From assembly GCA_913061245.1 (NCBI GenBank), contig CAJXTO010000001.1, forward strand, positions 1 through 35,045: 35,045 nucleotides of DNA, given 5' to 3'. The position numbers were made by a program, and so were the translations under genes. The stretch comes from an uncultured Oceanospirillales bacterium (lineage in GTDB: Bacteria; Pseudomonadota; Gammaproteobacteria; Pseudomonadales; Litorivicinaceae). Positions 1 to 9,211 of the stretch are shown in pieces. Positions within the stretch are counted from its first letter, which is position 1. Every line of letters starts with the position of its first letter. The notes beneath the pieces were generated by a model that had not been told where the DNA came from, ran no database searches, and saw nothing but the letters and a program-made list of their open reading frames with translations.

Positions 1-36
1 GATCATATCGCCACGGTGAGAGATAGTGACTGGCAT
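1..36 (-). CDS. 5' fragment of a gene running off the window (MPVTISHRGDMI...), product unknown
   Basis: Minus-strand ATG at 36 preceded by SD-like GAGGA; frame open to the window edge; too short to identify. Confidence 0.55.
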   Translation of the reverse strand, partial: MPVTISHRGDMI

Positions 37-69
37 GGGGCATCCTCATTGTTATATGTCAGTACATCG

Positions 70-97
70 ATGATAGGACCGTTTTTGATCCTTTCAA
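70..97 (-). promoter_or_regulatory. Putative sigma70 promoter for the truncated gene
   Basis: Minus strand TTGAAA (97-92), 16 nt spacer, TATCAT (75-70), in the gap after msrAB. Confidence 0.35.
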
Positions 98-1168
98 TCA
101 CTGATTCAATGCATTCTCGAATTGCGTTAAATATTTTTCATACCCGCGTGCCTGAAGTTGCGAGACAGGGATGAATTCGAGGGCCGCGGAATTGATGCAA
201 TAACGCAAACCAGTCGGCGCGGGACCATCCGGAAATACATGGCCAAGGTGTGAATCACCAAATTTCGACCGTACCTCAATGCGCTTCATCCAAAGCTTAG
301 TGTCATCTTTCTCAACAATATGTTGTGGCTCAATCGGTTGCCAAAAAGAAGGCCAACCAGTTCCCGAATCATATTTGTGCAACGAGCTAAACAATGGCTC
401 ACCACTCACAACATCAACATATATGCCATCAGCTTTCTGATCCCAAAAAGCATTTTGGAAAGGCGGCTCTGTGCCATCTTCCTGTGTCACTTGATACTGA
501 AGCGGCGTCAATCGTGCGCGAATTTCTTCGATGCTTGGCTTTCTATACGTGCTCTCTTTCAAACCCCCATTACCAAAGATCTGGAAGTCTTGATGTTTCG
601 CCCACACACGGTCTAAAAACTGATCCCGCCCCGAACGATAACGGTAAAACTTGTACTGCAGTGCATTGGTTTTGTAATAGTCCTGGTGATAATCCTCAGC
701 CTCATAAAACGTTGGCGCAGGCAAAATCTCGGTGACGATTGGCGCATCAAAAATCTGCGCGGAATTCAGACGGTCTTTCGATTCAACGGCGAGCGCACGC
801 TGCGACTCTGAATGCGTAAAAATAACGGTTCGGTACTGGGAGCCACGATCAACAAACTGCCCACCAGCGTCAGTTGGATCAACTTGTCGCCAAAAAGTAT
901 TCAATAGCGTTTGGTAATCAACGATACGTGGATCAAAGGTCACCTCGACCACTTCAATATGGCCGGTTTGACCTGAGGTCACTTGAGCATAAGTTGGATT
1001 AGGAACTGATCCACCTGCATACCCTGATACGACAGAACTCACGCCATGGATAGATTCAAAGGGCGGTTCCAAACACCAAAAGCAACCGCCACCGAAAGTT
1101 GCTTTTTCTGTCTCAGCAAACGACAAAGACGAGGCGAGGAAGCACAAGGCTATAAGTGCTTTATTCAT
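98..1168 (-). CDS. msrAB: Exported bifunctional peptide methionine sulfoxide reductase MsrA/MsrB
   Basis: N-terminal signal peptide (..SLSFA/E); MsrA motifs [22 protein letters not shown]; MsrB motifs [21 protein letters not shown]. Confidence 0.95.
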   Translation of the reverse strand: MNKALIALCFLASSLSFAETEKATFGGGCFWCLEPPFESIHGVSSVVSGYAGGSVPNPTYAQVTSGQTGHIEVVEVTFDPRIVDYQTLLNTFWRQVDPTDAGGQFVDRGSQYRTVIFTHSESQRALAVESKDRLNSAQIFDAPIVTEILPAPTFYEAEDYHQDYYKTNALQYKFYRYRSGRDQFLDRVWAKHQDFQIFGNGGLKESTYRKPSIEEIRARLTPLQYQVTQEDGTEPPFQNAFWDQKADGIYVDVVSGEPLFSSLHKYDSGTGWPSFWQPIEPQHIVEKDDTKLWMKRIEVRSKFGDSHLGHVFPDGPAPTGLRYCINSAALEFIPVSQLQARGYEKYLTQFENALNQ

Positions 1169-1195
1169 CGAAACTCCGTTTAACGATTACTCACT

Positions 1196-2101
1196 CTACG
1201 GATGCGACTTTAGTCTCAATTGATTCAGTTTTGCAAGTATTCGCCCATCAATCACAGCGAGCCCAGAAGCAATCAGTAGATACGCAATAATGTGCTGAAG
1301 CTCAAGCTGCTCACCCAGAAAGGCGATACCCAACCCTGAGGCACTGACGGGAACTAAAAAAGTGACCAGCACGACATTGCTCGCGCCGGCGGTCTGCAAC
1401 ACGCGAAAATAGATAAAAAAAGCGAGCGTCGTTGACAACAATCCAATACCGATCATCGCCAACCAAGGGCCCAATCCAGGCATCGGAAGCATCCACGGCT
1501 GATCGATCACCATGACGACTGGAAACATCCAAAGAGTCCCATAAAAAACCTGGCCCGTCGCATTCAACATTGGCGGATTGGCTTTTAATCGCTTCGAATA
1601 CACTGAGCCAAAGGCATAGCAAATTGTCGCGCTTAAGCCGGCAGCCATTCCTATCATTGAGGTGCCTCCATCGAATGCCGCAGGCCCAAACAAAACTAAA
1701 ACACCACAAAATCCAAATCCGATTCCCAATGCTTTATGCAATGAAAGACGCTCATCGGTCGTGAGCTGATGGGCCACTAAAGCAGTCATGATTGGTGTCG
1801 ATGCGTTAATAATTGATGCCAACGAGCCTGTGATTTCAGTCTGACCGAAACTGATCAAGCTAAAGGGCACTGCGTTATTGATCAGTCCAATAAAAGCAAA
1901 TGGGCGCCACTGCTGAAAAAGTGGCTTCAAGGAATGCCCCAAGATCTTTAATAATAGAATCAGTCCAAATAAGCCAACAATTAAACGACCAAGCACGCTG
2001 GTCATTGGCGGCATCGCCTGAAGCATGACTTCCACAAAGAAAAACGATCCGCCCCACACAAGTGAGAGGATCGCAATACGAATCCAATCAGCGACTGCCA
2101 T
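1196..2101 (-). CDS. DMT/EamA family transporter
   Basis: 301 aa, about 10 hydrophobic segments, LVWGGSF start and two EamA-like halves; SD GAGGA before ATG. Confidence 0.9.
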   Translation of the reverse strand: MAVADWIRIAILSLVWGGSFFFVEVMLQAMPPMTSVLGRLIVGLFGLILLLKILGHSLKPLFQQWRPFAFIGLINNAVPFSLISFGQTEITGSLASIINASTPIMTALVAHQLTTDERLSLHKALGIGFGFCGVLVLFGPAAFDGGTSMIGMAAGLSATICYAFGSVYSKRLKANPPMLNATGQVFYGTLWMFPVVMVIDQPWMLPMPGLGPWLAMIGIGLLSTTLAFFIYFRVLQTAGASNVVLVTFLVPVSASGLGIAFLGEQLELQHIIAYLLIASGLAVIDGRILAKLNQLRLKSHP

Positions 2102-2125
2102 AAGTCCTCACAATAAAGACCGGCT

Positions 2126-2135
2126 AGCGTACACT
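2126..2135. promoter_or_regulatory. Overlapping bidirectional -10 elements (DMT / ptrB)
   Basis: AGCGTACACT gives TACACT on + (2130-2135, 6 nt before ptrB ATG) and TACGCT on - (2131-2126) in a 40-bp divergent gap. Confidence 0.45.
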
Positions 2136-2141
2136 ACGCCC

Positions 2142-4196
2142 ATGCAAACCCCAACGAAAGACAATGCGTGGCTCAAAGCCGAAAACTGGCAGGAGGTTCT
2201 GGAAGAGCCAGAATCACTTCCGAGCGAGATTCGAAGCTTTCTCGAAGTTCAGAATCAAACCGCTGAATCATGGCTTGGCGGGCCCAACTCACGCCAGTGG
2301 ATCATCGATGAACTGAAAGCCACAATTCGTGATCGCGACGATTCAGTCCCCGTCGAAGATGGAGACTATACATACTGGCAACGCTTTGTCGAAGGCGCCG
2401 AGCATCCAGATTTCTTAAGACAGAAAGCAACAAATGATCTCGAGATTTTACTGTGCGGCGATGAACGAGCAGCCAACCATCCTTACTATGATATCGGCGC
2501 CGCTGATCACTCCCCAAATCACGAGCTATTTGCTGTCACTGAAGATCGACAGGGCTCTGAACGCTATACATTGACCCTCTTTCAGGCAGGCTCACAAGAA
2601 CCAATCGAAACACCGCTCACTGATTGCCGTGGTGATTTTGAGTGGAGCACCGACAGCCGCAAACTGCTCTACACACGCCTTGATGAAAACCAACGTCCAA
2701 GTACGGTCTGGTGCCACACGATCGGGACTGAGCAAAGAGATGATCAACTGGTCTATCAATTAGAACATCCGGGCCGCTTTATTGGTCTCGGTAAAACGAG
2801 CTCTGATGCCTGGATCACGATCGACATCCACGATCATCAAACAAACCAAAGCTTTTTGTTACCGGCAGACCTCGACAATCTATCCCCTATCGCTGTGACC
2901 GATTGGATCGAAGGTCTTGAATACGAACTTGAGCATGTCGACCCCTATCTGATCATTCGGGGCAACCATGAGCATGAAGACTTTGCGCTATATCGAGCGC
3001 CCCTCCCAACCTCAGAGATCCGAAGTAACCCAGAACATTGGGAGACCCTTTGGGTGCCCAAAGCAGGCGCTTTGTTTAGCGATTATGAGGTGCTCGCGAA
3101 GCACTGGGTGATTGAATACTCAGAAGAGGGATGTGGCCGGTATCTCATCGTTGAACCAAATCCTTCAACGTTCGAAATCAGACAAGAACTTCATTTGTCG
3201 ACGTCAATTCATGATGCACACCTCGATCCGCTACCCGGATTTAGCCGCGATACCATACGGATGCGTATTTCAACACCAGCAATGCCTCCAGAGGTGCGTG
3301 AAATTGATCTCACCACAGGCGACTTTAAGCAACTAAAAGTATCCGCTCCACCCAATGGCCATACTGAATCCAATTACATCGTTCAGCGCTCATATGGCAT
3401 CTCGGGCGATGGCCAAAAAATTCCGCTCACGATTGTCCATCACAAAGACATCACGCCAAACCCCCAGAGTCCAGTGCTTCTCACAGGCTATGGAGCCTAT
3501 GGCATGAGTTTAACGCCTGGCTTTAGTGCAAGCAGACGTACTCTTTTGACTCGAGGCGTCATCCACGTCACTGCACACGTACGTGGTGGAATGGAAAATG
3601 GATATCAGTGGTATCGCTCTGGCCGAATGGCGGATAAAGATAAATCCTTTGATGATTTCATTGGTGCTGCAGAAACATTGATTCGGGAAGGCTGGACGTC
3701 TGCAGGTAACATCATCCTGCATGGAGGGAGTGCCGGAGGGTTATTAGTGGGTACAACGGTCATGCGCCGTCCGGAACTATTCAAAGGGGTGATCGCAGAT
3801 GTTCCCTTTGTCGATGTACTTGAAACAATGCTCGACGCTGAATTACCACTGACACCACCCGAGTGGCCTGAGTGGGGTAACCCGATTGAATCAGCGGATG
3901 CCAAACGTCGCTTGCATCATTTCTCACCAACATTGATGGTCGAAAAGAGACCATACCCTTGTATTCTGGCAACTGCTGGGCTGACCGATCCACGTGTTAC
4001 GTATTGGGAGCCTGCGCGATGGATTCATAATCTGCAAGCAATCGCCGAGGGAGGACCATTTCTGTTGTACACCGAATTAAACGCAGGACATGGGGGTCCA
4101 AGTGGACGCTACGCCGGACTCGATGATATCGCTCGTATCTATCAGGCAGTCATTCAATTATTCGGCTTATCAAAAGAGGCGCCCCATGCCCTTTAA
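2142..4196 (+). CDS. ptrB: Oligopeptidase B (S9A prolyl oligopeptidase family)
   Basis: Catalytic GGSAGG (Ser), DPRV (Asp), AGHGG (His); GYGAYG, HVRGG, EWGNP; start moved to ATG 2142 to avoid overlapping the divergent DMT gene. Confidence 0.92.
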   Translation: MQTPTKDNAWLKAENWQEVLEEPESLPSEIRSFLEVQNQTAESWLGGPNSRQWIIDELKATIRDRDDSVPVEDGDYTYWQRFVEGAEHPDFLRQKATNDLEILLCGDERAANHPYYDIGAADHSPNHELFAVTEDRQGSERYTLTLFQAGSQEPIETPLTDCRGDFEWSTDSRKLLYTRLDENQRPSTVWCHTIGTEQRDDQLVYQLEHPGRFIGLGKTSSDAWITIDIHDHQTNQSFLLPADLDNLSPIAVTDWIEGLEYELEHVDPYLIIRGNHEHEDFALYRAPLPTSEIRSNPEHWETLWVPKAGALFSDYEVLAKHWVIEYSEEGCGRYLIVEPNPSTFEIRQELHLSTSIHDAHLDPLPGFSRDTIRMRISTPAMPPEVREIDLTTGDFKQLKVSAPPNGHTESNYIVQRSYGISGDGQKIPLTIVHHKDITPNPQSPVLLTGYGAYGMSLTPGFSASRRTLLTRGVIHVTAHVRGGMENGYQWYRSGRMADKDKSFDDFIGAAETLIREGWTSAGNIILHGGSAGGLLVGTTVMRRPELFKGVIADVPFVDVLETMLDAELPLTPPEWPEWGNPIESADAKRRLHHFSPTLMVEKRPYPCILATAGLTDPRVTYWEPARWIHNLQAIAEGGPFLLYTELNAGHGGPSGRYAGLDDIARIYQAVIQLFGLSKEAPHAL

Positions 4197-4866
4197 CATG
4201 AATTGGCAATCGATCGATGACGTCTTACTTGATATGGACGGCACTCTCCTCGATCTGCATTACGACGCAACCTTTTGGTTAAAAAATGTTCACTCAATTG
4301 TCGCAGGACTGACAGGCGAATCAGAAGAAGAGATTCGTGATCGGTTTCAAAGAGAGTTAAAAAAGCACGAGGGAACGCTTGCTTGGTACTGCACAGACTA
4401 CTGGGCTCAATTTTTCGGTATTGATCTCATTGAAGCGAAGAAACAGCTCGCCCACCTTATTCGCTTTAGACCCCATGCGAAGCGGTTTTTAGAGGCACTA
4501 CAACCTCTGCCACTGAGAACTTTAATTGCCACCAATGCGCACCCCGACGTGATCCAACTAAAGCTCGATGTCGTCCCGTTAGAAGCATTGGTCGATGGCA
4601 TCGTTTCAAGCCATCAGTATGGCGTCGCAAAAGAACACCCAGATTTTTGGACGGCTCTATTTGAGGAATACTCAATCGACCCAAAACGTGCGGTGTTTAT
4701 GGATGATTCCCCAAAGGTTCTCGAGGCCGCCGATCGCGCTGGCGTCAGGGAAATTATCGAAATCCGGCATCCGAATTTATCTGAACCGCCACGCACGACC
4801 TGGAAGCAGGGTATTGATGACTTTGACGTGCTATTACCTGGGTTAGAGGCTTTAGGGCAACAATGA
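4186..4866 (+). CDS. yrfG: HAD-superfamily GMP/IMP nucleotidase
   Basis: LLDMDGTLLDLHYD motif I, TNAH, K(E), FMDDS; lies before hslR-hslO as in enterobacteria; ATG 4186 follows AAGAGG. Confidence 0.88.
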   Translation: MPFNMNWQSIDDVLLDMDGTLLDLHYDATFWLKNVHSIVAGLTGESEEEIRDRFQRELKKHEGTLAWYCTDYWAQFFGIDLIEAKKQLAHLIRFRPHAKRFLEALQPLPLRTLIATNAHPDVIQLKLDVVPLEALVDGIVSSHQYGVAKEHPDFWTALFEEYSIDPKRAVFMDDSPKVLEAADRAGVREIIEIRHPNLSEPPRTTWKQGIDDFDVLLPGLEALGQQ

Positions 4867-5252
4867 GTGGAGGAGTCCGGCTTGATAAGTGGCTCTGGGC
4901 AGCACGCTTTTTTAAAACCCGTGGGCTCGCGCGCGATGCAATTGATGGCGGAAAAATTCATATCAATGGCGTCAAAGCAAAGCCATCGAAGGTGGTGACA
5001 CCTGGAATCGAAATTGAAATTTCGCGAGGGCAAACCGATATGGTCGTTATCGTTCGAGATGTACGCGAAGATCGGCGCCCAGCATCTGAAGCACAACTCC
5101 TCTACGAAGAAACTGCAGAATCAATTGTGAAGCGCGAGACAGAACGAGATTTAAATCGCTTTTCCCGAGCGGGATTCCAGCCAGCGGATCATCGCCCAAA
5201 TAAACGAGAACGTCGCCAAATGACAAAGCTAAAGGGAATTTTTAATGACTGA
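4863..5252 (+). CDS. hslR: Ribosome-associated heat shock protein Hsp15 (S4 domain)
   Basis: VRLDKWLWAARFFKTR, LYEET, RPNKRERR. Confidence 0.95.
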   Translation: MSGGVRLDKWLWAARFFKTRGLARDAIDGGKIHINGVKAKPSKVVTPGIEIEISRGQTDMVVIVRDVREDRRPASEAQLLYEETAESIVKRETERDLNRFSRAGFQPADHRPNKRERRQMTKLKGIFND

Positions 5253-6135
5253 CCTAAAAGCTGACGACGATGCAGTCCGTCGCTACATCTGTGACGAGGC
5301 ACCAGATGCTCGACTGATGACCGTGCGCCTTGGCAAAACCAAGAACGACATGCTTGATCATCAAAAGATGCCCTTAGCCGTCAAAACATTATGCGAGGAA
5401 CTCGTTGCTGCAGCATGCATTTTGTCCCATATGCTCAAATTTGATGGCGAAATGATTCTTCAAATTAAGGCCTCTGGACCCGTCACGATGATGGTTGCAG
5501 AGTGCTCTTCGGAAGGCCGTATTCGGTCAACCGCTCAGTGGAATGATATTGGTGACGCAACCACCTTTGAGGATCTCATTGGAACAGGCTACTTGGCTGT
5601 GACAGTGGATCCCAGACAAGGTGAACGGTATCAGGGCATCGTACCTCTGGAATCAGGTTCAATCTCGGGATGTATCAATCACTATTTTGAGAATTCTGAA
5701 CAGCTCGATACCAAATTGTGGTTAGCGAGTAATCGGGCGACAGTCGGCGGATTACTGATCCAACGCATTCCAGAAGAGGGCGGGCAAACGCTGATTGGGA
5801 ACTCAAACTGGGAAACACTCTCAACACTCGCAGATACAATTACTGACGAGGAGCTCGCAAAAGAGGCCGGTCCACTTATGATCTACAAGCTGTTTCATGA
5901 GCTCAGCCCTCGAAGTTTCGATCCTTGGAACATTGAATTCGGCTGCTCTTGTTCAAAAGAGCGATCTGCTCGAGCCATCAGGGCACTTGGTGAAATAGAA
6001 GTAAAACAACTGTTTGCTGAACAACCTTCACTGACTGTTGATTGCCATTTTTGCGGACAGGTATACCAATATGATCAGGCTGACTTAGAATGGCTACTCT
6101 CTGATCAGCCACCGGGGTCTGACACGTTACAATGA
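5245..6135 (+). CDS. hslO: Redox-regulated chaperone Hsp33
   Basis: RYQGIVPL, YFENSEQL, intact zinc motif CSC...CHFC. Confidence 0.95.
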   Translation: MTDLKADDDAVRRYICDEAPDARLMTVRLGKTKNDMLDHQKMPLAVKTLCEELVAAACILSHMLKFDGEMILQIKASGPVTMMVAECSSEGRIRSTAQWNDIGDATTFEDLIGTGYLAVTVDPRQGERYQGIVPLESGSISGCINHYFENSEQLDTKLWLASNRATVGGLLIQRIPEEGGQTLIGNSNWETLSTLADTITDEELAKEAGPLMIYKLFHELSPRSFDPWNIEFGCSCSKERSARAIRALGEIEVKQLFAEQPSLTVDCHFCGQVYQYDQADLEWLLSDQPPGSDTLQ

Positions 6136-7646
6136 AAACCGATGGGTCGAGTCGTTTCGACGACCTTACCTTAGCCGAACTCGTTGAACACGCGCTCGCT
6201 TTAAGCGAGGGTCAACTGTCCGCCAAAGGCGCTTTGGTTGTATCAACCGAACGCAACACGGAAATTCAACGATTCATCGTGAATGAACCCTCAGTCAGCG
6301 ATGTCATACGCGCGGATGCTCAATTCCACTTGCTTGATAGCGGTGTTTTCAAATCAATTTGGCAGCGGGTCAAATATGATGTTGTTGAGCGCGATCGCTA
6401 CAGGATTCATGCCCATATGGGTGTCGATGCAGACATCGCAGTACCACTCGAAATCACAACCTTAAGCGCCTGGCACGCGATGAGTTGTCATCACTTGTGT
6501 CATATCCCAGTTGAGTTCAATCCGCGCGAAAAACCGGAATGGAAATTAATTTGGGCGCCGATCGAAAGCTTTGGTGACGCAGAAATTTTGAGCGATGGCG
6601 GTGGCGTGATTTTAATTCACGTGGGCAAACGTCGGATTTTAATGGGCGGAGATCTCACCACTGGAGAAATGCGTCGTACGCTTCTAACACTCTTAGGTCT
6701 TTTGTTGCCTGAAAAGGATACGTTACCGTTGCATGGAGCAGCTGCCCAGGGTGACGGAGAGATTACGTTATTTCTCGGCCCTGCTGGGACGCAAAAGACA
6801 ACATGGGCATTGCGCTGCGGGCAGCTTATCGGTGACCGAGGCCTCTCTTGGTCGAATGAGGGATTACATCGCCTCGCCGATGGCTGCAGACTTCACCTTG
6901 ATCACAATTTACCAATCAGCCTCGATGAGGCTTTACGGTTCGGGACGATCGCGGAAAACTTAGCACTCAGTAACGATCGTGAGCCACTTCTCACGGATCC
7001 AGAGACCGACTCAGACGTTCGCACTCCCACGCATTTAGTTGTTCCTCTGACGCGCCTCAATGCGACCCAAGAGTCTGATACACGGGGCCCAAGCCAACTT
7101 GTCATTCTGACCACAGACCCTCTTGGCGTACTACCTCCACTGGCGAAAATCACTCGAGAACAATGTCTAGCATGGTTCATCTTAGGCTATGGCAATCACC
7201 TCGGACCCCTAGAAGAGCGCCAAGCTGAAATCGATATCCGATTCACGCCAGGGTTTATGGATACGTTATTACCGCGGAATCTCGATGACTACGTATTCAT
7301 TTTAGAAGATCTTCTTGAAGCACATGACACCCGCTGCTTCCTCGTTAATGCCGGATGGCATGGCGGACAAGCAGGTAAAGGTGATCCACTGTCAGCGTCA
7401 GAAGAAAGTGCTGTCATTACGGGTATGTATTACTGCACCGATTGGGAACCGTTTGGATCCCTCGGTTTATCTGTTCCGGCTGGTCAATCAGAAACGGCTG
7501 GACCATGGCACCCTAAAGATCGCTGGCCAGAGTCAAGCGATTACACGACAAACGAGTCACAATTGATCCAGGCTATCAAGGACGAATTACAGCGGACCAA
7601 CGACCCAGAGCGATGGCTAAAAGCCTTGGAAATTGAGTGCAACTAA
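6132..7646 (+). CDS. pckA: ATP-dependent PEP carboxykinase homolog with degenerate active site (probable pseudoenzyme)
   Basis: 504 aa directly after hslO; retains GEM, LIGD, DPLGVLPP, LVNAGWHGG scaffolding motifs, but kinase-1a reads GPAGTQKTT and several metal ligands are substituted. Confidence 0.8.
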   Translation: MKTDGSSRFDDLTLAELVEHALALSEGQLSAKGALVVSTERNTEIQRFIVNEPSVSDVIRADAQFHLLDSGVFKSIWQRVKYDVVERDRYRIHAHMGVDADIAVPLEITTLSAWHAMSCHHLCHIPVEFNPREKPEWKLIWAPIESFGDAEILSDGGGVILIHVGKRRILMGGDLTTGEMRRTLLTLLGLLLPEKDTLPLHGAAAQGDGEITLFLGPAGTQKTTWALRCGQLIGDRGLSWSNEGLHRLADGCRLHLDHNLPISLDEALRFGTIAENLALSNDREPLLTDPETDSDVRTPTHLVVPLTRLNATQESDTRGPSQLVILTTDPLGVLPPLAKITREQCLAWFILGYGNHLGPLEERQAEIDIRFTPGFMDTLLPRNLDDYVFILEDLLEAHDTRCFLVNAGWHGGQAGKGDPLSASEESAVITGMYYCTDWEPFGSLGLSVPAGQSETAGPWHPKDRWPESSDYTTNESQLIQAIKDELQRTNDPERWLKALEIECN

Positions 7647-9211
7647 AACTACCGACTATTTCTTCACATATTTTTCAAGAATCTCATTTAGAGGCTTTAA
7701 GCCAACATCTTCGTGGGATGCGATTTGGGCTCGAGAAAGAGGGTCTCCGTGTCGATCGAGATACCGGCAAAATTGCGCAAACAGCGCACCCAAAGGCGCT
7801 TGGCTCTGCACTCACTCATCCTCACATCACGACTGATTATTCTGAAGCATTATTGGAGTTTGTGACCGGAACACATGCATCGCCACAAGCAGCTATCCAA
7901 GAACTTGAAGAGCTCCATGCTTTTGCTAGCACCGTTCTCGGAAACGAGCGTATCTGGCCACTATCAATGCCCTGCCAGTTACCAGACTCAGACGCTGATA
8001 TTCCTCTAGCGTACTACGGAGAATCCCACATAGGGCGGCTGAAAACAGTCTACCGTCGAGGACTCGGTTTTCGTTATGGTCGACAAATGCAAACCATTGC
8101 AGGCGTACACTTCAATCTCTCTTTCAGCGATGACTTCTGGTCGTGGAAAGCCGCTCTCGATGGCCATCCTGATGGTACAGATAGCCGTCTAATCCGTGAC
8201 AACGGTTACTTTCAGACCATTCGCAATTTTCGCCGCATCCAATGGCTCATCATGCTCCTGACCGGATCGAGCCCATCGGTTGATGAGAGTTTCCGTTTGC
8301 TCGCTACCGACCGATTTAAAGTGTCGGGTCGCACACGGCTTGCCGAAGGCGCAACGAGCCTTCGCATGAGCGATCTTGGATATCAGTCTGCTGCACAAGA
8401 ATCGATCAATATTTGCTTCAATCACTTAGATACTTACTGCAACACATTGTCTAAAGCAGTTCACCATCCTTGGCCAACCTACGAGGGCTTAGGGCTCAAA
8501 GACGACCAAGGGTTTAAACAGCTCAATACCGCCGTTTTGCAGATTGAAAATGAGTATTACTCAAGTATTCGGCCGAAACGTGTTCAGCAATCGGGTGAGC
8601 GCCCTGTGCGCGCGCTCATTAATCGTGGAGTCGAATACTTAGAAGTCCGTGCAATTGATCTCAATCCTTTTGCGAGAAATGGCATCTCAGAGCACGAAGC
8701 ATCTCTCATCACATTATTGATGACAGCATCAGCCTTGGCGGACAGTCCTCTGAACTCACCAGAAGAATGTGTGGCTATCAATGGGATCAATGCACGCGCC
8801 AGTTGGGCAGGCAGACGTCTGGACCAGCGCTTTGATGACCAATCAACATTCAAGCAAGCAGGCCTTGAGTTTCTGGGATCACTGGACCCTGTGGCAGAAG
8901 CACTCAACTCAGCCTTTCAAACAGAAAGCTTCACGGATGCATTGGATGACGCACGATTACGACTCGAGGGAACCTGTCCTCTGCTATCCGATGAGATCGA
9001 ACAAGCAGTTCTGCAAGAGGGGCATTTAGAATTTGGCTTGGCTCGAGCGAATCAGCACCACGACAGTTGGCAGACCGTCGCTCCGACAGGAGACAGGCTA
9101 GAGATTATGCAACAAGAAGCGAGCGAGAGCCTTAAGGCCGAAGAACGAATTGCAGCATCAAACGAAGGCTCTTTCGATGCCTTCGTTGACGCTTATATCA
9201 ATCAGCCTTAA
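7637..9211 (+). CDS. gshA: Glutamate--cysteine ligase
   Basis: GLEKEGLR, ITTDYSEALLEF, GVHFNLS, ATSLRMSDLGY, QIENEYYSSIRPK, EYLEVR; GTG start overlapping the upstream gene. Confidence 0.95.
   Translation: MQLKLPTISSHIFQESHLEALSQHLRGMRFGLEKEGLRVDRDTGKIAQTAHPKALGSALTHPHITTDYSEALLEFVTGTHASPQAAIQELEELHAFASTVLGNERIWPLSMPCQLPDSDADIPLAYYGESHIGRLKTVYRRGLGFRYGRQMQTIAGVHFNLSFSDDFWSWKAALDGHPDGTDSRLIRDNGYFQTIRNFRRIQWLIMLLTGSSPSVDESFRLLATDRFKVSGRTRLAEGATSLRMSDLGYQSAAQESINICFNHLDTYCNTLSKAVHHPWPTYEGLGLKDDQGFKQLNTAVLQIENEYYSSIRPKRVQQSGERPVRALINRGVEYLEVRAIDLNPFARNGISEHEASLITLLMTASALADSPLNSPEECVAINGINARASWAGRRLDQRFDDQSTFKQAGLEFLGSLDPVAEALNSAFQTESFTDALDDARLRLEGTCPLLSDEIEQAVLQEGHLEFGLARANQHHDSWQTVAPTGDRLEIMQQEASESLKAEERIAASNEGSFDAFVDAYINQP

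Noticed and set aside
2025-2141. N-terminal extension of the ptrB ORF
   Set aside because: Overlaps the divergent DMT start; ATG 2142 fits better
4160-4190. CCCCAT resembling a sigma32 -10 upstream of yrfG-hslR-hslO
   Set aside because: No CTTGAA-like -35 at the right spacing, and the motif includes the start codon itself
4614-5096. 160-aa - strand ORF
   Set aside because: Antisense to the well-conserved yrfG and hslR genes; no protein features
6132-7646. Calling the pckA-like gene a pseudogene
   Set aside because: No stop or frameshift, near full length, coupled to both neighbours; better treated as a divergent CDS
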